A stretch of 63,130 bases of DNA, filler included, from Octopus bimaculoides (taxonomy: Eukaryota), in assembly GCF_001194135.2 (NCBI RefSeq). It is 4 parts of 4 records of this genome, joined end to end, with 100 filler letters (N's around TTAATTAATTAA, not from the genome) between each part and the next. Parts side by side here need not be neighbours in the genome. Positions count along the whole stretch, not along the records: positions 1 to 26,326 come from NC_068991.1; positions 26,427 to 57,523 come from NC_068990.1; 2 more parts are not named here. The stretch is one strand, 5' to 3'. Within the stretch, counting starts at the first letter, position 1. Each line of letters begins with the position of its first letter. This document shows, in pieces, positions 24,385-37,545 of the stretch. The notes beneath the pieces are model-generated. The model worked only from the letters and a program-made list of their open reading frames with translations. It had not been told where the DNA came from and ran no database searches. The translations under genes and the position numbers were made by a program.

Positions 24385-26185
24385 AAAAGTTATTGCGCTT
24401 GCGATACATCCAAGACATACAATATTGATGGTGAAACTCTTGCATCTGTGATCCAGAAACTCCAGGATGGAAAAGCCCCTGGAAGAGACTTGATTGCTGC
24501 ATATCGGTACAAGAAGCTAACATATTTTGTCAATCTGTACCAGCAAGCTTTCATTGGGAACAATAGCATACCACACTGGTTAGCTCTGGCAGAGACAAAA
24601 TTGATCCCCAAATGCAGAACCACCCACATGGCAAAAAACAACCGGCCAATTGCATGCCAGAACTTAATGTATAAGATATACACAGCATGGTTAAACCTCT
24701 TCCCCCAAGACCATTGTGAAACCAATAACATTATCACAATAGAATAAGCAGCTGGGAAGAAGGGGGTCTGGGGATGTGCCGAGCAATTGTTAATCAACAA
24801 AACTGTAGTGCCAGAGGTGCGAGAGCGTAGGAGGAACCTAGTTTCAATGTGGCTAGACTACAAGAAAGCCTTTGACTCTGTTCCGCACTCATGGATACTA
24901 GAAGCCCTTCAACTTGCTAAAGTTCCATTGAGAATAGTCAAAACCATAGCTGATGACCTGACTTCATCGTGGGTCACCATATTGCAATTAAACACAAAAA
25001 GTGACTGTATTATCACCGATAGAATACAGTATCGCAAAAACATATTACAAGGAGACAGCCTCTCTGTAATGTTGTTTATGCATTCTGTAAACCCCTTGTC
25101 ATTCATGTTAAGGAAGTCTGAAGGATATCTCACTAGTTCACAATGAAACAGAAATACCAAAATTACACACGGTTTCTTTGTGGATGACTTAAAACTTTAT
25201 GCAAAGAATATGCATGAGATGAAAAAGAGCCTTGAACTAGTTACAACATTCTCAAAGGATGTAGGATTGAAGTTTGGTCAGGATAAATGTTGCTATATGG
25301 TTGTGAAAAGGGGGAAATTATAAACCAGGCTAGTAACATCATTTTCAATAATTTGACAGCCAAATAAAGAAAATGTGAACTTCTGAACTTTCTCCAGTCA
25401 ATAAAACAGTGGCCCACACTGTGTATGCAGTGCAAGTACTCATACCAACATTTGGGCTGCTTGATTGGACGCTTGATGGGATCCGAGTCATTGATGTGAA
25501 AACTCGAACAATACTAACAAGCATACATAATTACCACATAAACACTGACGTAAACCGCCGCTACCTAAAACGAAAACAAGGCGGCAGAAGCTCAACATCG
25601 ATCCAAAATGCCTTTGAACGTCGCATCATATCCCTTCGGCAACATCTTTTAACCACCAAGTGTCGAAATGCATAACTTGACCAAGTTTGCATACATGAGG
25701 GTGATAACATCATAAGATTTGGAAGGCAAAACTCTTTGTCTGATAACCTAGAATACATGCCCAAAGAAGTCGTACGACTCTAACGCAGCGTATCATCAAA
25801 TGAAAGGATGAGCCTCTATGAGCAGAAGACGATGCATGGATTTTTTTTTCTTTCTTCAGTGTCAGAAGATAAACATATTCAACTAAAAAATTATGTGACA
25901 TGAAGCACTTTTCCTTCAGGGCAAGTTCACGACCTTCTCCATAAGATGTAAGCATAACAGACCTGATATAATGATCTGGGAAACAGAAGAGAAACTGTGA
26001 ACAGTTGTGGAAATTAGCAGCCCAGCGGATGTTAACATGAAGCTGAAGATCAGGCAAAAAGAGAACACCTATGATGAACTATTGAGAAATCTGCAGTTAC
26101 TCTATCCAGATTACAAGTTCAGGTTTATACATGTAAATCTTGTGGCCCTGGGATATGTAACACACAGCCTAATTACCAATCTTCG
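24385..26185 (+). mobile_element. R4/Dong-clade LINE (distinct subfamily), RT and RLE, with internal deletion of the CCHC region
   Basis: GKAPG.D, RPIACQNLMYK, WLDYKKAFDSVPHSWI, ILQGDSLS, FFVDDLKLY, GGR, KTMHG, then CKHNRPDI...VVEISSPADVN. Confidence 0.92.
25851..25933 (-). repeat. 83-bp inverted copy of 23833-23915 at the deletion junction of the R4 element
   Basis: Reverse complement aligns with 3 mismatches. Confidence 0.9.
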
Positions 26186-26370
26186 TCGCTTGCAGGTCAT
26201 AGAAACCGGAATAAATTTTGGCCTTGATCAGCTTCAAGCTCATGACGACCAGAATTTAATGTCATGATAACGTTTAAATCATGCAATTTTAAATAAAGGA
26301 CATAAATAGGCATAAAATAAAGCGGCNNNNNNNNNNNNNNNNNNNNNNNNNNNNNNNNNNNNNNNNNNNN

Positions 26371-26382
26371 TTAATTAATTAA
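26371..26382. other. Artificial TTAATTAATTAA linker inside an N gap (also 57568-57579 and 60979-60990)
   Basis: Identical 12-mer with six-frame stops centred in three separate N runs. Confidence 0.9.
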
Positions 26383-29300
26383 NNNNNNNNNNNNNNNNNN
26401 NNNNNNNNNNNNNNNNNNNNNNNNNNATTTACGAGGAATCCCTACCAAAGAATTCTGAGAAATGTGTAAAATGAAACAATGAAGGACGAATTAAAATTTT
26501 GAAATACTAATTCTTTTGCATAATCTGAATCTCCGTTGCGGAAACGTCGGATTCCGTTTTTAAAAGTCGAAAAGGGTTGGGTATGGTACACCTCTACTAC
26601 GTACTTGGGAAAAGTTTTTCCACAACAAATTTCGATATAATCAGAATCTACAGCATCTAAAGAGCATTTTTAGAAAATACTCTGTCTTTAAATGGCAAAA
26701 TTTACTTAGCTAAAGGGGAAAGAAATTTCGTTTTCAGCAAGAATGGCAATGTGCTAATGGCTGGAGTGAATTTGGGACGATGTGATTCTGGCTTAACAAA
26801 AGGGAGATAACTCAATAGTAAAAACTAATTTTGAATGGCTGACATTTATTCTGGAATTTGCAACAATATTTTTATCTGCTTGTTGTCGCTCTCTTAACTA
26901 TGAGTCTGATCGATAGATATGTTACTAAGTCAGCATAAAGCGATAAAAAAAAATCGAAAATTTATTGATCGACCATCACGAATATCGATTTTTGATGAAG
27001 GAACTAAATTGAATTAAGAAAAATGCATTATCAAGGACGAGATGACTTCCATAGATACAAGTGGAACCACCTATGTTTGCATAGGCGGACGTGGGGATAG
27101 TCACACGTCTCGGCTGTCGGACTGTGTTGTGGAGTGGATCACAAAGTTGGAGGGTTTGCCTTCATTAGGACATACAAATTTCAGGGTACTTGGCTGTTAT
27201 TTTCTAGCATGATGCTAGAACACTAATTGAATAATTTTGTTCATATTTCGTTGTCTTTCAATTTTTATATGAAGAACAAATTTGAATGCGCTTGGCTACA
27301 ATTTCTAGCATGAGACCATGCATAGGTAAATTTCGTTTATAAATGCATAAGCTTCCTTCAAATTCTATAGTTTGTTACTAGCATGAAGAATGACCACATG
27401 GGAATAACTTATAAAATACATATCCCAAAATTTTAATTGAAGTAATTGTGATTATTACGTAAATAACTTCCATTCAGCATAAATGAGATGTAGGTGGACT
27501 GATAGAATTTCAGAAATGGTAGTGAGAAAGGTTTAATGAGACGGGGAAGAAGGTAAACGGAGAAATGCTACTAGAATTTCCATCCTACAAACAAATCTTT
27601 AGTAGCAAAACTACGGCACCTTGTGGACAAGTGACATTCCAGTTCCCAGCTCATCGATCTGCGGCAGTGTTCTCATGTCTGTATTTGGGACACTGTCCCG
27701 TCCCATCACGTCTTATAAATAGCCTTCAGTTGCACTATTCATTTGCAGAACTTTCACGGGAACGTGAAACTCAGAGTTTTGTGATAACTTTGCAGTTTAA
27801 TAAAGGCATATTATTGTACCTTTGGTATTCGAGTTGTGCGCGTGCGAATATAAGTCCCAATATACGGAATCAAGTAAACCGGTAGTATTCATAGAAAAGC
27901 TCCTTAGTTTCTCATGGCATAAACCATATAAAGAATATGGTAAAAATAACACGCACATATCAACAGTAAATACCCGGCCCCACACTTAGGAAAAGGTCGG
28001 CGTGAACATTGAAAGACCTCAATTATTGAGAACCACAGGGAAAAGAGAGGCATACAAAACACAGGACAGGCTCATTTCCTTTCCATCAGACACCAGAAAA
28101 GCAAAAGGAAAATCCCGAACCTCGTCTTGCAGGAATTATTACATGAAGAGCACTGTGGTATTCCCAGAATTTGGAATCGGATAAAATTCCAAGAATCCCC
28201 TGGAGAAAGCCATAATCACACAGACCAGCATAGAAAAGTCTAGAAAAAAATATTTTATTCTAAATTTCAAAGATTCATATGATCAGGGGTGGCGTGCCTT
28301 TAGTTTTGGTAGCGTTGTTCCATGGATGAACGATAGACACCAGTGTCTTCGACTGAATGTTGATCTATCGCAGGCAGGTTTGTCTCAGGAGAGGAGCGGT
28401 CCGTTTCGCCTGCTCCGAGTTCGAGAGTAGATCGAAACCTTCAACGTCCTCGAGGCTTCCAATCGTTCTCTTTACCGGACAGAATTGTGTGTCGTTCTCC
28501 CGCTGGCGCCAGGGGAACTTCGGAGGGAACCTGTTTCAAGACGACTCGATTGATCTTTCACCCCTACACCCGGTTCCGACGATCGATTTGCACGTCAGAA
28601 GTGCATCGAACTTTCACCAGAGTTTCCTTTGTCTTCGTCCAGACCGGGAATGGTTCGCCATCTATGTTTTTTTTCTTACAAAAGAAACTTCCCTCTACAG
28701 TATTTTAAAACACGCGGTGGGTGAAATCAATGATATCATTTCAATATTCTCCAGAAACACATCTGCAAAGCTACGGAAATCCACTCGGAAACCTGGTTCC
28801 AAACAAAAAAGGTTAAAAATAAGATAAGGATAATCTATCTTAACAGTAATCCCCGTAACAGCAGGTGCAACTAATGATCACGCTCAGCAGCATTAATATT
28901 CCACGAGTCCTTCCAGAAATAACAGTCAAATCTCCCTCATGTTTCACCTTAATATCTTAAATAAAGAACACAATGGCTAACGTATCCTTAAACTTAATCC
29001 CCTTTCTTGATTCAAAGGAATTTACCATTTAAAAACCTTTCCGGTCACGTGACTCACAGAATTCAGTAAACACGATTGTTGACAATAATACGGAATTGTC
29101 ATGGCTGGAATGCTTTTTTTTGATCTACGAGGACCACACAGTCTGTGCAGTACGTCTACAACATTCACAGCCAAATCTAGAAATATCGTCATCCAGAAAG
29201 TAAGACGACGCAAAAACATTCATTAGACATTAGACATGTAGGGAAGCAAACATATCAAACCCCTACTTATTGTTTTTGTAGAAAACAAACAAATTTTATA

Positions 29301-30066
29301 TCCCTACTTAAAATAAAATAATGTTTCATCAAACACTCGGTGTCCTCTCCATAATACGGTCACATTTGATGCCTGGCAATTTTTTTGTCAGATTTAATAA
29401 AAAAAAAAAAAAAAAANNNNNNNNNNNNNNNNNNNNNNNNNNNNNNNNNNNNNNNNNNNNNNNNNNNNNNNNNNNNNNNNNNNNNNNNNNNNNNNNNNNN
29501 NNNNNNNNNNNNNNNNNNNNNNNNNNNNNNNNNNNNNNNNNNNNNNNNNNNNNNNNNNNNNNNNNNNNNNNNNNNNNNNNNNNNNNNNNNNNNNNNNNNN
29601 NNNNNNNNNNNNNNNNNNNNNNNNNNNNNNNNNNNNNNNNNNNNNNNNNNNNNNNNNNNNNNNNNNNNNNNNNNNNNNNNNNNNNNNNNNNNNNNNNNNN
29701 NNNNNNNNNNNNNNNNNNNNNNNNNNNNNNNNNNNNNNNNNNNNNNNNNNNNNNNNNNNNNNNNNNNNNNNNNNNNNNNNNNNNNNNNNNNNNNNNNNNN
29801 NNNNNNNNNNNNNNNNNNNNNNNNNNNNNNNNNNNNNNNNNNNNNNNNNNNNNNNNNNNNNNNNNNNNNNNNNNNNNNNNNNNNNNNNNNTTTATTTATT
29901 TATTTATTTATTTGTTTATTTATTTATTTATTTATTTATTTATCACAGTCCTGCACTTAAGTGGCAAACAGTCCTGTTTTGGGCAGAGCCGTAGTGTTTG
30001 ATTGGATTCATGTCATCCGTCGCCTCCGCTTTGGTCACCATTAGAAACCTACAGAAAGGTGTGGGG

Positions 30067-30098
<32 letters not shown>

Positions 30099-30719
30099 GA
30101 GAGGAAGAGAGAGATGGGCTGAGAAAGAGAGAGGAGCAGAGGCAAGAAGAGACAGAGAGTGCGAGAGAAAGATGGGCAGAAAGAGAGAGAGAAAGAGAAT
30201 ACGAAAGAGAGAGAGAGAGAAAGAGAGAGAGAGGGAGAGAGAGAGAGAGAGGTGGTGGAAATGTAGTTCCTGTGGCATGGCATTCCATACAATAAAAGGA
30301 TGGCATGTCAGAGTTTCAAAGTGAGAGAGAGCGAGAGGCATTTGGGTTTATGGAAGAAGGGATCAGTGGAGAATATCTCGTAACCTCAACAGATTAGCTA
30401 GGATTAGGTCTGCCTGATTACTGCTGACCTGGGGCTAAATGCAATAACCACCACCACCATCACTAGCAACAACTACAACAACTCTATGATAGTTGCGTCC
30501 GCTAGAAACAACAGTTAAACATTTCGTTGGAGCCCTACTTTACCGTTTTTACGAATGAAGGCGGAACGCATTGGACAATGCTTTCTAGACACTCTCTGTA
30601 TCTGAATAAAAGATGTGATAGTCACGGTCAGGTTGTCTTTGATCGTAGACCGACCGACGCGATTAGAGCTGACTGGGGAAAACTAACGAATCAACTACCG
30701 CTAATAATAACAAAATACC

Positions 30720-30751
<32 letters not shown>

Positions 30752-32808
30752 CGATCAGAGGTGACTTCGGTTCGTACGGAACAGCCATGTTGAAGTGGTG
30801 ACAAACATTATTTCTCAGTAGAGTTGTTACTATTTTCATCTCGTTCTAGAGAGATTTTCTAACTCGTTGCTTTGCTTGTTAATAGATAAATGGTTTAATG
30901 AATGAATAAATGAAAGGTAGTTATACAGTCTTGTTCTAGTTAATTATAGAAAAAAGTGGAATATATTGGATAAGTTCTGTCCTGGGGGAATCTAAGCAAC
31001 AACAATAAGCATTCTTGTAGAAAAGCGTCGGAAATTATCAACTGCCGTGAAATATCCGAGTTTCAATGGAACCGTTTGTTTTAAGCATCGTAGATTACGA
31101 ATCTGCAACCCATTTCTGTTCCTTTGGTGGGTGGGTGAGTGGTAACATCGTCTCCTTTTAGTTTTTACTTTCTTTTAATAATGTTTTTGTTTTCAAATTT
31201 GTTTTATATATATCTGAGATTAGGATTCTTCAAAAATAAATGTCAAAATCCGGAAGAAAAAAGGGCCAAAAGCAATAATTTACGGAAAAGGGAGACGCTG
31301 CTGATAACAGATTCAAAGAAACAGTTTTGGGGGTAGCTTAATCATTTACGACTCTATACTCTAGGATTACCCTTCATCAATACCGACGCTACCGAACACA
31401 AACCAACGAAGACGCCTCTATATGGACTCTCAAATTGCTAGAAACAACAGCTAAATTTAACCAATTCCACACCTCCCTATCGCCGTTTTAAAAATGGGTA
31501 AAACCACATTGGATAATACAGACCCAGATCATACAGCCAAATAAATATAACCGAGATGGTCACGGTAGGAACATCTTTAGTGACAGTTTTACTCAAAACA
31601 AGGAATTTGGTGTTCCTTCGCTATTGGTCTACCGTGTCTGTGTGAGGAGGCAATTCATTTTCGTTTTAGCCTTTCTGTCTCTGTCATAAGGGAAGGTTGT
31701 GTGGGTGAATGACGTCGTCTACCGATACCGAAGGATTGCCAAAGAAAATAAGTAGAACCGCTTGGAGAGAACGCGGAGACCAGGAACGATCCCGCCAACA
31801 TCAACACTACAACCGTTGCGATATCGCCGCCACCACCATCTGCAGCACCAATATCAATCAACAAACACCACAACAACAGCAGCAACAATAACATGACCAT
31901 CACCAATAGCAACAACAACGTCAAAAACTGCACCGACAACAATTAAAAACAGCAACAAGAAGAAGGATAGAGTAAGAAGACAAGCAGAGTTGTATATAGG
32001 TCAGTGTATAAGGGGAGTAGGAGAAGGAATAAGAGTAGTGGTGGTAGTAGTAGTAGGAGGAGGAGAAATAAAGAAACCAGGTCAGAAGCTGTTCTGTAAT
32101 GAGGGAGATGGAGGTGGACGAGGTGGGAGGGGTGCGATGTTGATGCAGAGGAGAATAGAAGGATAGATGAGGGTGGGGGTGAGGGGGGAGAAACGAGGTC
32201 AGATGTACTGTTACAATGACGGTCGTTAAAAAGGCTCGTTCCGAAGTAACTAGATGGCTGTGTTTAATGCTAGTGGTAGTAGTAGTGGTGGTGGTAGTGG
32301 TGGTGGGAGTGGAGTGATGGTGGTGTATGTATCTGTGCAAAAGTACACGTCACATATAGATTAATGTGTTTGCATGTGTGTGTGTGTGTGTGTGCGCGTG
32401 TCTGTGAAAAACGTGGGTGTAAATCTGTGCACGTGTATTCAAGTGTCTATTAATATGCACGCGCGCGTATATGCATGTGTGTGTGTGTGCGTGAGTATGC
32501 ACGTTTGTGTTGAGATGTATATGTGAAAATGTGTACGCGTATGTGTATGTATATGTGCAAGTATGTATACGCATGTGTAAATATGTTTATATGTAATTTG
32601 TGCCCACGTGTGTGTAGGTGTAAATGTGTATGTGTGCGTATGTCTATGTGTATGTAAATGTGTATAAGAACTCAATGTGTAAGTGTTTGGGTGTGGACAA
32701 TTGCATCTGTGAAAGGAGTTCGGCCGAGTTTTGAATTGTGTTTTGCACACTGACCTCTAGCGGGAAAATGGAAATGGTCTTCGGAGTTTTGTCTTGAACC
32801 GAATCAGA

Positions 32809-32845
<37 letters not shown>

Positions 32846-33135
32846 TGCACACGCGCATACGCAAACGCGCACACGCACACACGCACACCATTCCATGTCG
32901 TGTTTGAATTGTGACGATTCACAATGATAAACATTCTTCAAATGGAAATATTGATGTTCTACAGTTTAACTTCAACACCAAACTTTGGTCTTACAAAATA
33001 ACGTCGTTCTGCCGTTTTTCTTGGCGACCGGGCATTCTTGGTCAACAACAAACCATTGAAACACCGTCTCCCAATAAATACGGCCAAAGTAGATTGATGC
33101 TATTTGGAGATACTCAATGGTAATAATAAAAGATA

Positions 33136-33515
33136 GACGTAGGCGTGGCTGTGTGGTAAAAAAACTTGCTTACGGGTTCAGCTCCACTGCGTGGAACTTC
33201 GAGCAAGTGTCTTCTACTATAGCCCTGGGCCGACTAAAACCTTGTAAGTAGATTTGGTAGATGGAACCTGAAAGAAGCCCTTCATATATATATATGTATG
33301 TGGGTGTGTGTGGATGTCTTTGTGCCTGTGTTTATCCCCCACCACCGCTTGACAACCGTGTGTGTTTACGTCCCTGTAACCTAGCGATTTCGCCAAAAGA
33401 GACCGATAGAGTAAATATCAAGTTTTAAAAGAAAGTCCTGGGGTCGATTTGTTCGACTAAAATGTCTCAAGGCAGTGCTCCAGCATGGTCGTAGTCTAAT
33501 GACTGAAACAAAATA
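33136..33515 (+). mobile_element. SINE family C (CORE-like) with internal microsatellite
   Basis: gtaggcgtggctgtgtggtaa head, gcaagtgtcttctactatagc core, gaaagaagccc followed by TA/TG repeat, gactgaaac tail; homologous to 34111-34496, 37978-38268, 48760-48945 and 60566-60830. Confidence 0.85.
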
Positions 33516-33659
33516 AATGATAACGTTTCAACAACTGAAACGTTTTCTTTTTTATTACTTTTCTCAAGCCATGAGAGGAACTTTTGAGGTCGGGGGTAGC
33601 CCTGTTTCAATGATGTTATGATTCTTGGTGACTGAGCTCACTACAGCTCCCCCACCCCC

Positions 33660-33890
33660 ACTCACTGAACGGGACGCCGGTCCGCAACAAGGTTTAAGGC
33701 CGACAATTTTTGAGGGGAGAGGACAAGTTGATTATATCGACTTGACTCCTACTTTATCGCTCCCTGAAGGGATGACAAGCAAAGTTGACCCCTCAGCATG
33801 ATTAGAAATCTAACTATCAAGAGCTGAAATGAGACCTGTTGCTGAGTGTTTTGTCCTGCTTGTTAACGGTTCTGCCAGTTCGCCGCCTTA
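33660..33890 (-). mobile_element. Degenerate SINE family B
   Basis: Minus strand aggcggcgaactggcagaaccgttaac head; gtcaactttgcttgtcatccc core. Confidence 0.65.
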
Positions 33891-34110
33891 GATATATGCA
33901 CTATACACGTGACCTCAGGTACAAACCATGATGGGAACTGAATAAAGAAAATAAATAAAAATAAAAATGAAAAGCGATTTGTTTCATTTATTTGTTCGCT
34001 AAAACTTTTTTTTATTTCTTCAATTCTTTTCATCTTACACACAAGAGTTATACATACATACATACATACATACGTATACAAATATATATACTTTCACATA
34101 AACACATACA

Positions 34111-34496
34111 TACTCTTTTACTCTTTTACTTGTTTCAGTCATTTTGACTGCGGCTATGCTGGAGCACCGCCTTTAGTCGAGCGCAATGCGACTCCAGGAC
34201 TTATTCTCTAGTACTTATTCTACCGGTCTCTTTTGTCGAACGTAAACACACCAGCATCGGCTGTCAAGCGATGTTGGGGGGACAAACACAGACACACAAA
34301 CACACACACACACACATATATATATACATATATAAGACGGGCTACTTTCAGTTTCCGTCTACCAAATCCACTCACACAGTTTTGGTCGGCCCGAGGCTAT
34401 AGTAGAAGACACTTGCCCAAGATGCCACGCAGTGGGACTGAACCCAGAACCATGTGGTTGGTAAGCAAGCTACTTACCACACATCCACTCCTACGC
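34111..34496 (-). mobile_element. Full-length SINE family C
   Basis: Minus-strand head gcgtaggagtggatgtgtggtaagtagc, B-box-like gggttcagtccc, internal TA/TG repeat, (TAAAAGAG)n tail. Confidence 0.9.
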
Positions 34497-34799
34497 ATAT
34501 ATATATATATATATATATACACACAAATATAACACACACACACACACACACATAGACACATATGTATGAATGTATATATAAGCGATTTTTTTATACGATG
34601 CTATTTTAATATCGTTTAAAGTCGTTTCTTTCAGATTTTCAGTCGTTTCTTACCATTTTGATCAATCAATCAAGAGTGAAAACTGTTGAAATAGTTCTAA
34701 CAAGAAAACCGTTAACCCCCCACCCACCAAAAATACTTAACTATTTTCAATATAGATTTATTGATCTCAGTTGTTCAGATCATTGGCGATCTAATAGTC

Positions 34800-34870
34800 T
34801 TGTCTGTGAAAATCTCCAATGATGCCATGAAACCATCACGTCTAAAAGAGTACATCTAAAAAATGAAGCG
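34800..34870 (+). mobile_element. Small hAT (Buster/Charlie-type) transposase remnant
   Basis: ISNDAMKPSRLKE resembles the LSN..MKPS.L.RH BED-finger motif. Confidence 0.45.
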
Positions 34871-35794
34871 CCTCCCCACCACGAGTTTTTGAAAGGCGTC
34901 TTTGAAGATCTCCATTTAATCCTTGTGTTACCGTATTCCTTGTCATGTCAGTGTTGAAATATATTACCTTAGTTTCAATTAATTTTGGCAATAGTGAAGA
35001 ATTTAGTGAATTAAGTTTGTCATTACTAATCTGGTGTTTAAATTTGAATGACCTTAAAACAGGAAGTTTGTATCAGAGAAGCAGGGTTGGTCTCGGTTAG
35101 ATTGGTGTCAAAAGAGAGACAAACCAATACTTGACATCTGTCTCTTACAAGATGTAACTAATAGAACACAACTGGAGGGACACTAATGAAACGCAGTTTC
35201 CGAAATATTTACTGCGCGGCCCTTAGATTAGTTAAGTTTAAAAAATGATATAAAATGGTCTTCTTTCAATAATAGAATACCTCATCTTAACGAAATTAAA
35301 GAAAAATCAATTGTTTATGGAAGTCGAAAAGACAAGGAGGATATACAGCTCAATCAATCAATGATGTAACGAGGCTTTCTTTAAAATAAAAACCGTGAAT
35401 TGTTCATGGTTTTTATTTTGAAAGAAGGAAAATCTATTAAGAAATGCTTTCTGTAAATCATTGAAAAGAAGACAAACAATTTTTCAAATATCAGATATTT
35501 CTATTGAAAAGAACAATATTTCCTTGATTGTGTGTAACTGGTGGAGCAGTGTCTATGGAGCTCAGGTCGTCCAGTATCTTACAGGAGAAAGGAAATATTT
35601 GATCTATTCACAATTTGCTGTATCATCGTCAATACTTTGTTATTAAGAGATTGTTTACTGAGCAGCTGTCTTGGAATCTAGCGTTAGTTAGCTTTTCTCG
35701 CTAATAAAATATATAAAAGATAATTGGAGCCTAAAGCGCTTGGCTACTCAGTTACGTGAACAACAACAGTGAAAATGTTGAAAAATTATAGCCT

Positions 35795-37545
35795 TTGTAA
35801 AACTAAGAACGTGTCATTTCAAAGTGAGACTAATAATTTCAAAATAAGACTGCCACTTCAAAATGAGAAAAGCAATTTCGAAATGAGTTCACTAGAAACA
35901 GATTTATGTAGGAAAAAGATAAACCTAAACTTCAACATATTACAAAGACCCCCTTCGGTCATGAATGACCATGAGATTGTACTTAGAGAGTCCCCTTCCG
36001 AGGCACAAGTCCGAGCAAAGTTGTTCATAGAAGACCAGCAGTCGCCCATGCATACGAACACATTATAAGACCATTTGTAATTTCAATAATGAGAACTTGT
36101 CTGGTTCATTGGGGGATCTCATGAACCAAAAAACGAGGTCAAATATTCCTAATAAGGTTATAATATTATCCAGCTTTTCTTCAGAGTTACAACATCAATG
36201 GTACTCAATATTACTTTTCCGAGAATATCCTTTGTGGCTTTTGTAACACGTGCAGGATTGTTCGTTATTTCTGTGCGAATACCCGGGAAGCATTCTTTTA
36301 TGGGATAAAGTACGAGGGACTACATCGTCAGACGTTTCTAACTACGATTGTAAACATCTCAAATGGAAACTTTGACCCCATGGTGAACAGGTGCCCGATC
36401 GAAAATGGAAATATATCGCAAGCCTGATCGAAAATGGAAATATATCCCAAGCCTGATCGAAAATGGAAATATATCCCAAGTCTTCAAAATGTCCAGAAAA
36501 ATGGTGAAGAAAGTTTCCATACTGTGTTTTATGCATATAATTATAAAAATTTGAGAAAATCATTTCCGCAATCTTTAATATATCAGTAATAATATTGAGA
36601 TTATTACCTGCTTGTTCAAGCACAGTTCTGACTGAGGACTGGTCCCTTAAGGGGGCTACAGATACTGGTTATGTGATGGGTAGGCTATTTTCATCCATAC
36701 AAATTATCGATTTTCCAGTGAGAATAACCGTTGCCAAACACCAACCGGTAAATTTATGTCTAGCAACGATCTGATCAATTCTGTTTCTATCCTTATCCTC
36801 TAAATCCAGCTTTTCTTTGTTATCAGCCATTTACGGATTTTGAAATGCAACTATTACTTAGAAGTGGTTTTGTGGAAAATTCGATCTCTTATCCACATCT
36901 TTCGCCAGATGATTGATGTGATCGAGGGATTGTTATGTATTGTCTCATTCAAAAATCTCATCGATATTTCCATCACATCTGCCATCTTTAAGTATGCTTT
37001 GCTGTCTTCACACAGCTTAAAATTAATCCGTTTGCTATCTTCAACTCAATGCCTATGGATTACGTAAGATCCTCCTTGTAGTTCGATCCACGATTAAACT
37101 ATGAGTTGACGGCAAATAACATTGGGCGCTGATCTTTTCTTTGTTCCTCGTCCATTTGATGTTGCTTGTCAAAGCATAGTGAGTCTTTGTTTTTAAAGAT
37201 AGCTAAAATAGTTCTTCCCCAATGTAATTGTGTAATGTTTAGAGAAAACAAAACAAAACAATTTCACCCTAAAATGGTTAAATACTATACCATAAGTAAA
37301 AAGTTGTTGGCGCATATGTAACGTGAAATAACTTACTACGACTGTGATACTGTGTTTCTTCCTTTTGTTTTGTTTATAATTCCATATCATATTCTCCGAC
37401 TGTTTTCTCTTTTGATGTATGAAGATAAATTATACATTCGTGGTTGATTAATGCAAGTGATTTTAAGTTTTTGTTAAAGCAATCACTTTGAAATCACAGT
37501 TTTCTCACTTTGAAGTGACACGTCCTCAGACACTTACAAACATTC
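35795..37545 (-). mobile_element. Fossil Tc1/IS630-type DDE transposon with imperfect terminal inverted repeats; transposase pseudogene about 37200-36150
   Basis: Minus strand, after removing two of three 29-bp repeats: FLNETIHNNPSIT (HTH), RNRIDQIVARHKF, SIICMDE (D1 at 36693-36695), YISIFDRAPVHH (D2 at 36398-36400), LYPIKECFPGIRTEITNNP (NPIEE-like); inverted tctcactttgaa(a/g)tgacacgt motifs at 35795-35885 and 37480-37545. Confidence 0.7.
36394..36480. repeat. 29-bp tandem triplication
   Basis: cc(c/t)gatcgaaaatggaaatatatc(g/c)caag x3 with no spacers. Confidence 0.95.

Noticed and set aside
26371-26382. TTAATTAATTAA motif recurring three times
   Set aside because: Always centred in N runs; an assembly linker, not biology
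35150-36150. Fanzor/TnpB cargo beside the Tc1/IS630-like transposase
   Set aside because: Only about 270 bp between transposase end and inverted repeat; no RuvC or zinc-finger motifs recognisable in any frame I read
36394-36480. 29-bp repeats as a CRISPR-like array
   Set aside because: Directly adjacent with no spacers, eukaryotic context, and inside a transposase pseudogene
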